From Planktomarina sp. (GTDB lineage: Bacteria; Pseudomonadota; Alphaproteobacteria; Rhodobacterales; Rhodobacteraceae): 64,000 nt of DNA. The position numbers and the translations under genes are program-made. How positions within the stretch are numbered: the stretch's first letter is position 1; every line of letters starts with the position of its first letter. Shown in pieces: positions 1 through 11,175 of this stretch. The notes below the pieces were generated by a model that saw nothing but the letters and a program-made list of their open reading frames with translations, made no database searches and had not been told where the DNA came from. Location: positions 1,794 through 65,793 of the forward strand of contig JAHDDS010000004.1 in the NCBI GenBank assembly GCA_020629235.1, given 5' to 3'.

Positions 1-137
1 CAAGCTCGCTGACAGACGGTGAATTGATTGCTTTTGAGTTGAAGTCAGCGATAGACAGCTTGGGCTTCGTGGTAGGCAAAATTGACGTCGAAAGAGTATT
101 GGACGATGTATTCGGTGAGTTTTGTCTTGGAAAATAG
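1..137 (+). CDS. mnmE: tRNA modification GTPase MnmE, 3' end only (partial)
   Basis: Frame 3 from the window edge reads ...[21 protein letters not shown], the conserved MnmE FCxGK C-terminus; lies directly before mnmG. Not in the ORF track. Confidence 0.93.
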   Translation, partial: SSLTDGELIAFELKSAIDSLGFVVGKIDVERVLDDVFGEFCLGK

Positions 138-140
138 GAG

Positions 141-156
141 TGTTTCACGTGAAACA
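141..156. promoter_or_regulatory. parS centromere site (ParB binding)
   Basis: Perfect palindrome TGTTTCACGTGAAACA matching the parS consensus; parA/parB lie about 2.5-4 kb downstream. Confidence 0.95.
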
Positions 157-2017
157 TTTTGATTGCATCGTTGTTGGCGGCGGCCATGCGGGCTGCGAGG
201 CTGCGCATGCGCTTGCCCAAAGCGGGCTTTCAACTTGCCTGGTTACACTTAAAGCGACCGATCTGGGCGTTATGTCCTGTAACCCTGCCATTGGCGGCCT
301 AGGAAAAGGGCATCTGGTGAGGGAGCTTGACGCCCTGGGCGGCCTGATGCCGGCGTCTGCTGACTTCGCGGGCATCCAGTTCCGGCTTTTGAATCGTCGC
401 AAAGGCCCGGCAGTGCAGGGACCAAGATCACAGATTGATCGAGACTTGTACAAATCTATAATTGGTAAAACGCTTTCCGGTCTGCAAAATCTGACCGTTG
501 TAGAGGGAGAGGTTGCCGACATCCTGAAAGCTGCTGGCAGGGCCGCAGGTGTGATTTTGGCGGATGGCGCAGAAATCCGATCCGGCAGCGTTATTTTGAC
601 AACCGGTACATTCCTTCGCGGGAAGATATTCATCGGAACGGAGGTCAAAAATGCGGGCCGCATGGGGGACGCGGGATCCGAAGTTTTGGCGAAGCGTCTT
701 GAAGACCATGGCGTGTTGTTTGGCCGCCTTAAGACAGGTACGCCGCCGCGCCTGAATGGTGAAACGATCAATTGGGAAATTTTGGACGAACAAGAAGCGG
801 ATGAAGACCCAAGCTTCTTTTCCTTCCACACGAACAGGGCTCAACAACGGCAAATTTCCTGCGGTATAACCCACACCAATGAGACAACGCACCAGATTGT
901 CCGCGACAACATTTCCAAGTCTGCCATGTACAGCGGAAATATAGAGGGCATTGGGCCGCGGTATTGTCCGTCGATCGAAGATAAGATCATGCGGTTTGCT
1001 GACAAGGACGAGCACCAGGTGTTTTTAGAGCCGGAAGGCCTGACATCGCGTGTGGTATACCCAAATGGCATTTCCACGTCCCTTCCGGTGGACGTGCAAA
1101 ATGCTTACGTACGGTCTATCAAGGGGCTGGAGTCGGTCGAAATCCTGCAACCTGGGTATGCGGTCGAATATGACTACGTCGATCCGCGATCCCTTAAACG
1201 CACATTGGAGATGCCCAGCTTTCCTGGCCTTTTCTTGGCGGGACAGATCAACGGCACGACCGGCTATGAAGAGGCCGCGGCCCAAGGAATGGTGGCCGCC
1301 TGTTCGGTCATTAGGCAGATGAAGGGTGATGGTGATCATCCCTTCGACCGACAAAACAGCTATATTGGCGTCATGGTTGACGATTTGACTGTTCGTGGCG
1401 TGACCGAGCCGTATCGCATGTTCACATCCCGTGCTGAGTTTCGGCTTTCCCTGCGGGCAGACAATGCAGACCAGCGCCTGACCGAATACGGAAGGCAGCT
1501 TGGAATTGTCTCTGGCGCCCAGGCCGCAGCCTTTGATCGTAAGATGGATTTGATCAAACAAGCGAAAAACACTTTGACGTCCCAACGCTTCAGCCCGCAG
1601 GATTTGGATCAACATGGAATAAATGTGGCCAAGGACGGAAAAGTGCGCGATGGCTTTGAGGTTTTGGCCTTAAACGATTGTTCTGAGGCGCTGATCAATG
1701 ACATTTGCCCCGATGTGTCCGCGTTTCCGCGCGAGATTGTTGCCCAGTTAAAGCGGCAAAGCGCTTATTCAGTGTATGTGGCCCGGCAAGACAACCAACA
1801 GAAAGAGATGAAGTCAGACTTCGCAATCCAACTTCCAAGCGATTTGGTGTATGAAGACATACCAGGCCTAAGCGCTGAACTTGCTGGGAAGTGCGTACGA
1901 TCGAAGCCGGCGTCTATCGGCGAGATGTCAAATATCGAAGGGATGACGCCAGCAGCATTGACAGCCGTGTTGGTGTTTGTTCGGAAGAAAGAGAAGCAGG
2001 AGCGTGAAGTTGTATGA
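149..2017 (+). CDS. mnmG: tRNA uridine-5-carboxymethylaminomethyl modification enzyme MnmG (GidA)
   Basis: [44 protein letters not shown] motifs; GTG start at 149 after GGAG RBS. Confidence 0.97.
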   Translation: MKHFDCIVVGGGHAGCEAAHALAQSGLSTCLVTLKATDLGVMSCNPAIGGLGKGHLVRELDALGGLMPASADFAGIQFRLLNRRKGPAVQGPRSQIDRDLYKSIIGKTLSGLQNLTVVEGEVADILKAAGRAAGVILADGAEIRSGSVILTTGTFLRGKIFIGTEVKNAGRMGDAGSEVLAKRLEDHGVLFGRLKTGTPPRLNGETINWEILDEQEADEDPSFFSFHTNRAQQRQISCGITHTNETTHQIVRDNISKSAMYSGNIEGIGPRYCPSIEDKIMRFADKDEHQVFLEPEGLTSRVVYPNGISTSLPVDVQNAYVRSIKGLESVEILQPGYAVEYDYVDPRSLKRTLEMPSFPGLFLAGQINGTTGYEEAAAQGMVAACSVIRQMKGDGDHPFDRQNSYIGVMVDDLTVRGVTEPYRMFTSRAEFRLSLRADNADQRLTEYGRQLGIVSGAQAAAFDRKMDLIKQAKNTLTSQRFSPQDLDQHGINVAKDGKVRDGFEVLALNDCSEALINDICPDVSAFPREIVAQLKRQSAYSVYVARQDNQQKEMKSDFAIQLPSDLVYEDIPGLSAELAGKCVRSKPASIGEMSNIEGMTPAALTAVLVFVRKKEKQEREVV

Positions 2018-2021
2018 CGTG

Positions 2022-2624
2022 ATGCCAGATGTTTCACGTGAAACAATGGATGCTTTGAAGACCTATCATAGTTTGGTTTTGAGGTGGACGAAGTCCATTC
2101 AACTGATCTCCAAACGGGATGAGGGCATTTTGTGGGAACGCCATATCCTTGATTCCTGCCAATCCTTCCAGTTTGCCCAATCTGCTTCCAACTGCGCTGA
2201 TATCGGCTCTGGCGGTGGATTCCCGGGTGTTGTGTGGGCGATTTTGGCAAAATATGAAGATAAACCGCTTCCCCTGACATTGATCGAGCGTGACGTTCGG
2301 AAAGCGGCATTTCTCCGAAAATGCAAAGAAGTCTTGAGCCTAAACTGCGAAATTATGTGCAAGGACTTCATGAAGGTCACTGGCCAAGGCTATGGCGCAG
2401 TTTCTGCGCGGGCGGTGGCGTCTATTGCCAGTATTCTGAATACAACCGAAAATTTGCGCACGGACCAAACAGTATACATCCTTCCGAAAGGGAAAAACTT
2501 TGCGCAAGAAGTTGAAGACGCTCGTGAAAATTGGTTGTTCAAGGTATCAGAGGTCCAGAGCGGTGTAGATACAGATTCTCGAATTCTGCTTCTCAGGGAT
2601 GTGCGACGTGTTTCAGCAAACTAA
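2022..2624 (+). CDS. rsmG: 16S rRNA (guanine-N7) methyltransferase RsmG (GidB)
   Basis: VSRET N-terminus, RHILDS, DIGSGGGFPG SAM motif, SARA, LPKG; between mnmG and parA; start approximate. Confidence 0.93.
   Translation: MPDVSRETMDALKTYHSLVLRWTKSIQLISKRDEGILWERHILDSCQSFQFAQSASNCADIGSGGGFPGVVWAILAKYEDKPLPLTLIERDVRKAAFLRKCKEVLSLNCEIMCKDFMKVTGQGYGAVSARAVASIASILNTTENLRTDQTVYILPKGKNFAQEVEDARENWLFKVSEVQSGVDTDSRILLLRDVRRVSAN
2030..2045. promoter_or_regulatory. parS centromere site (second copy)
   Basis: Perfect TGTTTCACGTGAAACA inside the 5' end of rsmG. Confidence 0.95.
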
Positions 2625-3399
2625 GGTTATTGCCATTTCCAATCAAAAGGGCGGTGTTGGTAAATCCACCACCACCATTAACCTTGGTGCCGCCTTGTGT
2701 GAGTTGGGCAAAAAAGTGTTGATCGTGGATCTTGATCCACAGGGGAACGCGTCCACCGGTTTGGGCATTTTCTCAGAAGACCGTCAAGCGACGACTGTTG
2801 ACTTGTTGTTGGGCAATGCATCGTTGAATGAGATTGCGTTGCAAACTTCAATCCCGGGCCTTTGGATTGTTCCGTGCGACACAGACCTCAGCTCTGCAGA
2901 TATAGAACTGTACGACCGCGAAGATCGCAGTTTTGCGTTGAAAAACGCGTTTTTGGCAGGCGCACTTGCAGATTTTGACTTTGTCCTGATCGACTGTCCG
3001 CCGTCTTTGAATCTTTTGACCGTCAATGCTTTGGTGTCTGCAACGGACGTTTTGGTGCCACTCCAAAGCGAATTCTTTGCCCTGGAAGGTTTGTCGCAGC
3101 TTTTGCGGACTGTCCAAGAAATCCGAACCACCGCCAATGCAAAGCTTAGGATTCAGGGCGTTCTTCTGACAATGTACGACGGCCGAAACCGGTTGAGCCA
3201 AATGGTGGAACGCGATGCCCGGGACAACTTAGGGGATTTGGTTTTTAAAACTGTGATCCCTAGAAATGTGCGAATAAGCGAAGCACCGTCCTTTTCGGAG
3301 CCAGTTTTGACATATGATAGCACGTCGAAAGGCAGCCTGGCCTATCGCGCCTTGGCCCAAGAAGTGCTGGAACGAGATCTAGAGGTGTCAGCGATATGA
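2599..3399 (+). CDS. parA: Chromosome partitioning ATPase ParA
   Basis: NQKGGVGKSTT deviant Walker A, DLDPQGNAS, IDCPPSL, IPRNVRISEAPS; the start may be GTG at 2608. Confidence 0.96.
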   Translation: MCDVFQQTKVIAISNQKGGVGKSTTTINLGAALCELGKKVLIVDLDPQGNASTGLGIFSEDRQATTVDLLLGNASLNEIALQTSIPGLWIVPCDTDLSSADIELYDREDRSFALKNAFLAGALADFDFVLIDCPPSLNLLTVNALVSATDVLVPLQSEFFALEGLSQLLRTVQEIRTTANAKLRIQGVLLTMYDGRNRLSQMVERDARDNLGDLVFKTVIPRNVRISEAPSFSEPVLTYDSTSKGSLAYRALAQEVLERDLEVSAI

Positions 3400-4271
3400 A
3401 CAATAAAAAACAAAACCGTGGCCTGGGACGCGGCCTGTCCGCCCTTATGTCAGATATAGAGACGACGAATGCCCCCGCGCCAACCGGACAAAAACAGGTT
3501 CCGATCGAACTTTTAACGCCGAACCCAGATCAGCCGCGGAAAACGTTTTCACAGCCGGAATTGGACGATTTGGCAGAATCGATCCGCCAAAAGGGCGTGA
3601 TCCAACCTTTGATCGTGCGGCAGGACCCGAACCGCAGCGAAGGATTCCAGATCGTGGCAGGCGAACGCCGGTGGCGCGCAGCGCAAATTGCAAACGTGCA
3701 CGCACTTCCTGTGATCGTGAAAGATTTCAATGATCAAGATGTTCTTGAAATCGGGATAATAGAGAACATTCAGCGCGAAGATCTTAATCCGCTGGAAGAA
3801 GCTTTGTCGTACAAGCAGCTGATGGATCGGTTCGGCCACACGCAAGAACAAGTGTCCAAAGCGCTTGGCAAATCAAGAAGCCACATCGCCAACTTGGTGC
3901 GACTTTTGACCTTGCCGGACGATATTCAGGCCCTTGTGCGCGAGAATAAGTTGAGCGCTGGACACGCCAGGGCTTTGATCACTGCGCAAGACCCCGGGCA
4001 CCTGGCCAAAACTGTGATTGCCAAAGGATTATCGGTCCGCGAAACGGAACGTCTGGCCGCATCGACGGCTGCACCGGAAAAGCCAAAGGCTGTAAGTAAA
4101 TCTAAGGAAAAAGACGCTGATACCAAAGCGTTAGAGGCCGAGCTGTCGGCAGCAATAAAAATGCCGGTATCGATTGATCATGATGGAAAGACCGAAGGTG
4201 GCGCGCTTCGGATTTCTTACCGGTCGCTTGAACAGCTTGATGATCTGTGCCGCGTTTTGTCCGGGGGTTAA
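3396..4271 (+). CDS. parB: Chromosome partitioning protein ParB
   Basis: GLGRGLSAL N-terminus, QPRK, AGERRWRAA, IENIQREDL, HTH. Confidence 0.97.
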   Translation: MNNKKQNRGLGRGLSALMSDIETTNAPAPTGQKQVPIELLTPNPDQPRKTFSQPELDDLAESIRQKGVIQPLIVRQDPNRSEGFQIVAGERRWRAAQIANVHALPVIVKDFNDQDVLEIGIIENIQREDLNPLEEALSYKQLMDRFGHTQEQVSKALGKSRSHIANLVRLLTLPDDIQALVRENKLSAGHARALITAQDPGHLAKTVIAKGLSVRETERLAASTAAPEKPKAVSKSKEKDADTKALEAELSAAIKMPVSIDHDGKTEGGALRISYRSLEQLDDLCRVLSGG

Positions 4272-5404
4272 GAAATAAGTTCCACAAGGATGGCGTTCAG
4301 CAGGGGGCGGCCCTTTCGCGTCACTTTGATGCTGTCTTTGTCTATTTGGACCAATCCTTCCGCCACCAATCCTTCTGCAGCGTCCGGTTTGAATCCCATA
4401 TCTTGTGCTCTTGAAAGCTCTACACCACTATATGTGCGCAAACCCATCAACAACAGCTCCGTCAGCTGATCTGGTTGGCTGATCTCTGCTCTTGTTTCTC
4501 TTTTTGTCCCATCAAGCCATTTCTTCGGCCACAATGCCGTTTCGGTGCCAAACCGATCAGACCCCAACGTGATACGCCCATGGGCGCCAGGACCGATTCC
4601 GACATAGTCGCCTGAATTCCAATATATGAAGTTGTGGCGCGATTCTTCGCCATGACGGGCGTGATTGGAAACTTCATACGCGTGCAGGCCGTGATCCGTG
4701 CAAAGGACTTGCGTCAATTCGTACATATCTGCACCCAAATCGTCAGACGGCAGGCCCTTCAATTGTCCTGCAGATTGTCGTTTGGCAAAGACGGTTCCAG
4801 GCTCGATCGTCAGTTGATACAACGACAGATGGCTCGGCTCAAAACCCAGGGCCTCTTTCAACTCGGCTTCCCAAGCGTTCAAGGATTGGTCCTGGCGGGC
4901 ATAGATCAGATCAAAGCTGGATCTTTCAAAAACGCCCTTAACAGTCTCTATTGCAGCAATTGCGTCCGATGCACTGTGATGACGACCCAACCGACGCAAC
5001 GCGGTATCTTCCAGGGCCTGAACCCCCAGGGACACACGGTTAATTCCAGCCGTTTTGAAGTCTTGGAATTTTGCGGTTTCCACCGTGCTTGGGTTTGCTT
5101 CCAAAGTGATTTCAATGGTGTTGGACACCGACCAGGCGCTGGTGGCGGCATCGATCAATCCGGACACCATATCTGCCGACATCAAGCTGGGCGTACCACC
5201 ACCGAAATAGATTGAAGACAGCGTGCGATTTGGCAGTTCTTCGGCATATCTTTGAATGTCTTGGACATAGGCTGCAGCCCATTCATCTTCGTCAAAAGAC
5301 TGATCGGCATAGGAGTTGAAATCGCAATACGGGCATTTCGTTTCGCAAAAGGGCCAATGGATATACAGCCCAAACCCGTTTGCCTGCCAGTTTTCAATTT
5401 TCAA
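4268..5404 (-). CDS. hemW: Radical SAM heme chaperone HemW (HemN-like)
   Basis: LYIHWPFCETKCPYCDFN (CxxxCxxC), YFGGGTPS, HNxxYW; follows rdgB; start uncertain (TTG 5404, ORF extends to 5440). Confidence 0.9.
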   Translation of the reverse strand: MKIENWQANGFGLYIHWPFCETKCPYCDFNSYADQSFDEDEWAAAYVQDIQRYAEELPNRTLSSIYFGGGTPSLMSADMVSGLIDAATSAWSVSNTIEITLEANPSTVETAKFQDFKTAGINRVSLGVQALEDTALRRLGRHHSASDAIAAIETVKGVFERSSFDLIYARQDQSLNAWEAELKEALGFEPSHLSLYQLTIEPGTVFAKRQSAGQLKGLPSDDLGADMYELTQVLCTDHGLHAYEVSNHARHGEESRHNFIYWNSGDYVGIGPGAHGRITLGSDRFGTETALWPKKWLDGTKRETRAEISQPDQLTELLLMGLRTYSGVELSRAQDMGFKPDAAEGLVAEGLVQIDKDSIKVTRKGRPLLNAILVELIS

Positions 5405-6005
5405 AGCAGGTTTCAACCAGTTGCGCAAAAGCTGCCGCACGATGGGTCAGGGGCTGCTTCTCATCGGCTGACATTTCACCAAAGGTGCGATCCTGTCCTT
5501 TTGGCAAAAACATGGGGTCAAACCCAAAGCCGTTTGTTCCCCGAATGGGCCAAATCACTTGGCCTTCTGCGTCGCCATTGAAAATCTGATCTTGCCCATC
5601 TGGCCAGGCCAGGCACAAGGTGCAATGAAATCTGGCGGTCCAAGGGGATGGCGCTGAACAGTCCAAAAGTTGTTCGTGGACTTTCGACATCGCCAGAAAG
5701 AAATCCCGGCCTGTGGGCGTTTCTGCCCAATCCGCAGTATAAACGCCAGGTGCCCCATCCAGTCCGTCGACGATAATGCCGCTGTCGTCGGACAATGCGG
5801 GAAGGCCGCTTTCTTTTGCAGCATAGTGGGCTTTAATTCGCGCGTTGCCTTCGAAAGTTGATTCCGTTTCTTCTGGCTCGGCCAAACCAAGCGCCCCAGC
5901 ACTGGTGCAAGACACACCGAAGGGTTCCAACAGCTTTTGAATTTCAGTCAGCTTGCCAGAATTGTGCGTGGCCACCACCAAGTCCTTCAGCATTCTGTGG
6001 GTCAT
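5394..6005 (-). CDS. rdgB: dITP/XTP pyrophosphatase RdgB (Ham1 family)
   Basis: [30 protein letters not shown] motifs. Confidence 0.95.
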   Translation of the reverse strand: MTHRMLKDLVVATHNSGKLTEIQKLLEPFGVSCTSAGALGLAEPEETESTFEGNARIKAHYAAKESGLPALSDDSGIIVDGLDGAPGVYTADWAETPTGRDFFLAMSKVHEQLLDCSAPSPWTARFHCTLCLAWPDGQDQIFNGDAEGQVIWPIRGTNGFGFDPMFLPKGQDRTFGEMSADEKQPLTHRAAAFAQLVETCFEN

Positions 6006-6715
6006 GTTGCGATGGCGTCCAACTGTGCCGCGGCCAGTTCGGCGTTTCCTTTTTCTGCCAAATCCATCAACGCGTCCATTTGGTCCCGGGTGAAGGTGGA
6101 TCCTTCTGCCGACATTTGAACTTCGATCAGCTTTTTCGACCCTAACATGACAAAATTTCCATCAACGCCGGCTTCGCTGTCCTCTGGATAATCCAGGTCC
6201 AGGACTGGCTGCCCGCCAAAAATGCCGCAACTGACTGCTGAAACCGGGTCAAGCAATGGGTCCGAAAGAACGTCGCCCGCTTTCATCAGCTTCTGCACTG
6301 CCAATTTCAGGGCGACCCAGGCCCCGGTGATGGATGCGCAGCGTGTTCCGCCATCTGCTTGCAATACATCGCAGTCCAGGCTGATCTGTCGTTCCCCCAG
6401 TGCGACCCGGTCGACACCCGCCCGCAAGCTGCGGCCGATCAGGCGCTGGATTTCTTGGGTTCGTCCGCTTTGCCCGTTCTTGGCTTCGCGGCGCATCCGG
6501 CTGTGTGTGGCCCGGGGCAGCATGCCATATTCTGCTGTGACCCACCCAAGACCTGAATTTTTCAGGAAAGGCGGCACCCGTTCTTCCAAACTGGCCGTGC
6601 ACAATACATGGGTGTCGCCGCATTTGATCAAGCAAGATCCTTCGGCATGGCGGGATACGTTCGTTTCAATCTTGATCGGACGCATTTCGTCCATTGCTCT
6701 TCCAGAAGGTCGCAC
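6002..6715 (-). CDS. rph: Ribonuclease PH
   Basis: RPSGR start (GTG 6715), [42 protein letters not shown]. Confidence 0.97.
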   Translation of the reverse strand: MRPSGRAMDEMRPIKIETNVSRHAEGSCLIKCGDTHVLCTASLEERVPPFLKNSGLGWVTAEYGMLPRATHSRMRREAKNGQSGRTQEIQRLIGRSLRAGVDRVALGERQISLDCDVLQADGGTRCASITGAWVALKLAVQKLMKAGDVLSDPLLDPVSAVSCGIFGGQPVLDLDYPEDSEAGVDGNFVMLGSKKLIEVQMSAEGSTFTRDQMDALMDLAEKGNAELAAAQLDAIAT

Positions 6716-6782
6716 AGCTTGTCCTTTTTTTGATGATAGGCGAATATGCGATGCGCTTGACCATTGGCAAGGCCAGAGAACC

Positions 6783-7838
6783 ATGACCGATACATCCAAT
6801 CTTCTTGCTGACATGGATTCCCGCGCGCGGGATGTGTTTCAGCGCATTGTGGAAGGGTATCTGTTAACGGGTGAACCAACAGGCAGCCGCACTTTGTCCA
6901 AAGTTTTGTCCGAACCCGTCAGCGCCGCCACGGTGCGCAACGTGATGCAAGATTTGGAACAACTGGGTCTTTTGGACAGTCCCCATGTTTCTGCAGGGCG
7001 GGTTCCGACCCAGCTTGGCTTGCGTATGTTTGTCGATGGTATTCTTGAGGTGGGCGACCCAGACGAAGCGGATCGCCAGCGAATCCAATCTTCTTTTGGG
7101 GATGGCACAGAAGTGGATGGATTGCTGGACCGCGTATCGCACGGATTGTCGGGGCTGACACACAGCGCGTCTTTGGTGTTGGCGCCCAAAAAGTCTTCGC
7201 CGATCAAGCACATCGAATTCGTTTCATTGGCCCCGGATCGGTCGCTGGCCATTTTGGTTTTTTCCAACGGCGAGGTTGAAAACCGCGTCTTCAGTCCGCC
7301 ACCGGGGCAAACGCCCAGCCAATTGCGCGAAGCGGCGAATTTCTTGAATGCGGTCGGGCAGGGGAAATCATTGACGGAATTGCGGGCAACAATTTCCGCC
7401 GAAATCGCACGCCGCCGATCCGAAATTGATGCCCTGACGGCACAACTTGTGGAAAGCGGTGTGGCCGTGTTGGACGATGCAGGGGGGCAAAACGAACGTT
7501 TGATCGTTCGGGGCCGGTCAAATCTTCTGAACGAAGATCAGGATCAGGCACAGTTGGATCGCGTGCGGGTCCTGTTTGACGACCTGGAACGTAAGCGGGA
7601 CATCGCCGATTTCCTGAATCTTGCCGAAGAAGGCGATGGCGTTCGCATTTTTATTGGGTCAGAGAACAAACTCTTCTCACTTTCGGGTTCCTCTTTGGTG
7701 GTCTCTCCCTATATGAACGCTGACCGAAAGGTTATTGGGGCGGTCGGCGTCATCGGACCAACGCGTCTGAACTATGGCCGGATCGTGCCCATTGTGAATT
7801 ATACAGCCCAACTTATGGGCCGCGCATTGTCTGAATAA
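6783..7838 (+). CDS. hrcA: Heat-inducible transcription repressor HrcA
   Basis: [36 protein letters not shown]; ATG at 6783; upstream of grpE. Confidence 0.96.
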   Translation: MTDTSNLLADMDSRARDVFQRIVEGYLLTGEPTGSRTLSKVLSEPVSAATVRNVMQDLEQLGLLDSPHVSAGRVPTQLGLRMFVDGILEVGDPDEADRQRIQSSFGDGTEVDGLLDRVSHGLSGLTHSASLVLAPKKSSPIKHIEFVSLAPDRSLAILVFSNGEVENRVFSPPPGQTPSQLREAANFLNAVGQGKSLTELRATISAEIARRRSEIDALTAQLVESGVAVLDDAGGQNERLIVRGRSNLLNEDQDQAQLDRVRVLFDDLERKRDIADFLNLAEEGDGVRIFIGSENKLFSLSGSSLVVSPYMNADRKVIGAVGVIGPTRLNYGRIVPIVNYTAQLMGRALSE

Positions 7839-7850
7839 GGGTTTTGGCGC

Positions 7851-8432
7851 ATGGCAAATCAAAAAGATACCGACGCGTTTCTGGACGATCTTGAAGCGTT
7901 TGAAGACGAAATCGCGCGCGAAGAACAAGCCGCGGCAGACGCTGAAACAGGTGATGAACCAGCGCAATCGCCGATGGATGAAATCATCGCAGAACGGGAT
8001 GCCCTGAAAGACAAATGGATGCGCGCCCTGGCCGATGCCGAAAACGCGCGCAAGCGCAGCGAACGGGACAGACGTGAAGCAGAAAACTATGGCGGGTCAA
8101 AACTGGCCCGTGATTTGCTGGGCGTGCACGACAATTTGCGCCGTGGGTTAGAGGTGGTGACCGACGAACAGCGGGAAACATCGGCTGCTTTGATCGAAGG
8201 CGTGGAATTGACCATGCGTGAACTTCTGAATGTTTTCAAAAAACACGGCATTTCCCCAATCACGCCTGAAGTCGGCGATCGCTTTGATCCACAGAACCAC
8301 GAAGCTATGTTTGAAGCGCCCGTGCCGGACACCAAGGCTGGCGATATCATCCAAGTTATGGCCGAAGGCTTCATGCTGCACGACCGACTGCTGCGCCCCG
8401 CGCAAGTCGGCGTGTCTTCGAACCCTGGCTGA
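7851..8432 (+). CDS. grpE: Nucleotide exchange factor GrpE
   Basis: RALADAENARKR, FDPQNHEA, RLLRPAQVGV. Confidence 0.96.
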   Translation: MANQKDTDAFLDDLEAFEDEIAREEQAAADAETGDEPAQSPMDEIIAERDALKDKWMRALADAENARKRSERDRREAENYGGSKLARDLLGVHDNLRRGLEVVTDEQRETSAALIEGVELTMRELLNVFKKHGISPITPEVGDRFDPQNHEAMFEAPVPDTKAGDIIQVMAEGFMLHDRLLRPAQVGVSSNPG

Positions 8433-8435
8433 TCG

Positions 8436-11060
8436 TTACAGCTGTTTCTTTAGATCATAGATTAAGTCCAGCGCGTCCCGCGGGCTAAGAAGATCGGCGT
8501 TCACATCTTTTAGCAGATCTTCCACTGGTGATGCTTTCAGGGGTGGGTCGACAGGAACTGTGGAAAACAGCGGCAGGTCGTCAATCAACACAGACGCGCC
8601 AGGCTTGTTTTCACGGTCGCCGGCTTCTAAAGCATCCAGAACGATCTTCGCCCTGTTGGTCACGATTTCGGGCAGTCCGGCCAACTTCGCCACGTGCAAG
8701 CCATAGGACCGATCAGCCGTTCCTTTGCGCACCTCGTGCAGGAAAACGATGTCGTTTTTCCATTCACGAACGGCCACCGTGGCGTTGTCCACCCGGTCCA
8801 ACCGCGCCGCCACCTGGGTCAATTCGTGATAGTGGGTTGCGAACAAGCCCCGGCATTTGTTCACGTCGTGCAAATGTTCCAGCGTGGCCCAAGCAATGGA
8901 CAGGCCGTCATAGGTCGATGTCCCGCGACCAATTTCATCCAAAATCACCAGGGCACGATCATCGGCCTGGTTCAGGATCGCAGCCGTTTCCACCATTTCC
9001 ACCATGAAGGTCGATCGCCCGCGGGCAAGGTCGTCGGACGCACCGACACGGCTGAATATTTGGCTGACCAGGCCAATGTGGGCGGTATCCGCTGGGACAA
9101 AAGATCCGATTTGGGCAAGCAATGCGATCAACGCATTTTGACGAAGGAACGTGGACTTACCGGCCATATTGGGGCCGGTCAGAAGCCATATGGCAGAGTC
9201 TGTTTCGTCAAAAACGCAGTCATTTGCCACAAACGCGGTTGTGCCGTCGCCTTTCAACGCAGCTTCGACAACAGGGTGCCGTCCGGCCCGTATGTCGAAA
9301 TTTTGGGTATCGTCCAAGACCGGCTTGGTCCAATGTTCCGTCACTGCCAAATCTGCCAGCGCTGCGGACACATCCACCACAGCCAAGGCAGTGGAACACA
9401 GCTGCAACAGGGACGCATGGGACAGCACCACTGCGCGCAATTGTTCGAAAATCTCCAACTCTGCGGCAAGAACTTGTCCCGCGGCGTTCAGGATTTTCGT
9501 TTCCATCTCGCTCAGCTCTATCGTGGTGAACCGCACGGCGTTTGCCGTTGTTTGGCGGTGCACAAACGATTCTGCCAAAGGGGCCGACAACATCTTTTGC
9601 GCATGGGTTGACGTGGTTTCGATAAAGTACCCCAACACATTGTTGTGCTTGATTTTCAGGGACGGAATCTCTGTTTGCGTTGCGTATTTCGATTGAAGAC
9701 CTGCGATAACCTTGCGCGCGTCATCGCGCAGTTGGCGTGCGTCGTCGATGGTTTGGGAAAACCCTTCCGCCACAAAGCCACCATCCCGCGCGGCGATGGG
9801 TGCATCTTCTTTCACAGCAGACAAAATACGTTCGGCCACTGGGGTTTGCGGTTTCAAGTCGCGAAACGATGCATCAAACCAGTCTTCGGCGCCTTGCGAT
9901 TTCAACAGATCAAAGACATCCGCGCCAGATGCCAGCGCGTTCGCCACGGCGACCAGGTCCCTTGGTCCACCGCGATCCAAGGATAAGCGGGACAGGGCAC
10001 GGTCCAAGTCAGGCGTTTGCTTCAGCACTGCACGCACATCGTCCCGCAAATCGGCACGATTGGCAAAGAAGGAAACTTGATCCTGCCGAGACTGTAATTT
10101 TCCCAAGGCCTGCAATGGTGCAGATAATCTGCGCGCCATCAATCGACCCCCTGCTGCCGTCACAGTTCTGTCGATGGTGTGCAGCAGTGACCCCCGATGG
10201 TCGCCCGACAAAGTCTGCGTTAGTTCAAGATTGCGCCGGGTGGCGGCGTCAATTGATACAAACTCTGCCCGTGCCTCACGAATGGGGCGTCGCAGAAGGG
10301 GCAGTTGGCCCTTTTGTGTTTCGGTCAGATATTCAACCAAGGCCCCCAAAACCGCCAATTCAGCCCGCGACAATTCCCCAAAATCGTGAATATCAGACAC
10401 TGAATAGGCAGTTTTCAATCGTTCCTCAGCCAACCCGCTGTCAAACGCGTTGGCAAACAACAGGGTGACGGAAATTTCCCGTTCTTCGGCCAGCTGGCAC
10501 GTTTCTGTGTCGGTGCTTTGTGGCATCAGAATTTCGCGTGGGGCCAGGCGTGACAGGTCTGGACCCAACCGCAGTGGGGAACTTTCTGTGAAGAAAACGT
10601 CGCCTGTGGAAATATCGACCCAGGCCAAACAGCCCGCTTCCCGAACCTGGCAATACGCGGCCAAATAGTTGGACTGCCGCGCAGACAGCAAGCTGTCTTC
10701 TGTTAACGTTCCGGGCGTGACCAACCGGACCACGCCGCGTTTTACCACCGCCTTGGACCCACGCTTTTTGGCTTCCTTTGGGTCTTCCAATTGTTCGCAG
10801 ACCGCCACGCGAAACCCTTTGCGGATCAGGGTCAAAAGGTAACCTTCGGCCGCGTGCACGGGGACGCCACACATGGGAATATCTTCCCCCAAGTGCTTAC
10901 CCCGCTTTGTCAGCGCGATTTCCAGCGCTTGGGCTGCTTCGACCGCGTCATCAAAAAACAGCTCGTAAAAATCGCCCATCCGATAAAACAACAGCGCTGT
11001 GGGATGGTCGGCTTTGATTTCCAGAAACTGTGCCATCATCGGCGTGATATTGGACGACAT
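8436..11060 (-). CDS. mutS: DNA mismatch repair protein MutS
   Basis: [49 protein letters not shown]. Confidence 0.98.
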   Translation of the reverse strand: MSSNITPMMAQFLEIKADHPTALLFYRMGDFYELFFDDAVEAAQALEIALTKRGKHLGEDIPMCGVPVHAAEGYLLTLIRKGFRVAVCEQLEDPKEAKKRGSKAVVKRGVVRLVTPGTLTEDSLLSARQSNYLAAYCQVREAGCLAWVDISTGDVFFTESSPLRLGPDLSRLAPREILMPQSTDTETCQLAEEREISVTLLFANAFDSGLAEERLKTAYSVSDIHDFGELSRAELAVLGALVEYLTETQKGQLPLLRRPIREARAEFVSIDAATRRNLELTQTLSGDHRGSLLHTIDRTVTAAGGRLMARRLSAPLQALGKLQSRQDQVSFFANRADLRDDVRAVLKQTPDLDRALSRLSLDRGGPRDLVAVANALASGADVFDLLKSQGAEDWFDASFRDLKPQTPVAERILSAVKEDAPIAARDGGFVAEGFSQTIDDARQLRDDARKVIAGLQSKYATQTEIPSLKIKHNNVLGYFIETTSTHAQKMLSAPLAESFVHRQTTANAVRFTTIELSEMETKILNAAGQVLAAELEIFEQLRAVVLSHASLLQLCSTALAVVDVSAALADLAVTEHWTKPVLDDTQNFDIRAGRHPVVEAALKGDGTTAFVANDCVFDETDSAIWLLTGPNMAGKSTFLRQNALIALLAQIGSFVPADTAHIGLVSQIFSRVGASDDLARGRSTFMVEMVETAAILNQADDRALVILDEIGRGTSTYDGLSIAWATLEHLHDVNKCRGLFATHYHELTQVAARLDRVDNATVAVREWKNDIVFLHEVRKGTADRSYGLHVAKLAGLPEIVTNRAKIVLDALEAGDRENKPGASVLIDDLPLFSTVPVDPPLKASPVEDLLKDVNADLLSPRDALDLIYDLKKQL

Positions 11061-11175
11061 GGGGTTCCTTCGGGTCAGCGCCCACGAAGTCTATGCACGG
11101 CAATGAAGAATGGGAAGCGCTTGTTCCTGGTTTCTGCCCTGCTAGAACGGCCTTGCCACTGAAAGGGGATTCCGG

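Noticed and set aside
1-4271. oriC within the window
   Set aside because: parS/parAB imply the origin is near, but I saw no intergenic cluster of DnaA boxes or an unwinding element; it is probably outside the window.
6716-6782. CIRCE operator near hrcA or dnaK
   Set aside because: No TTAGCACTC-N9-GAGTGCTAA seen upstream of hrcA, grpE or dnaK.
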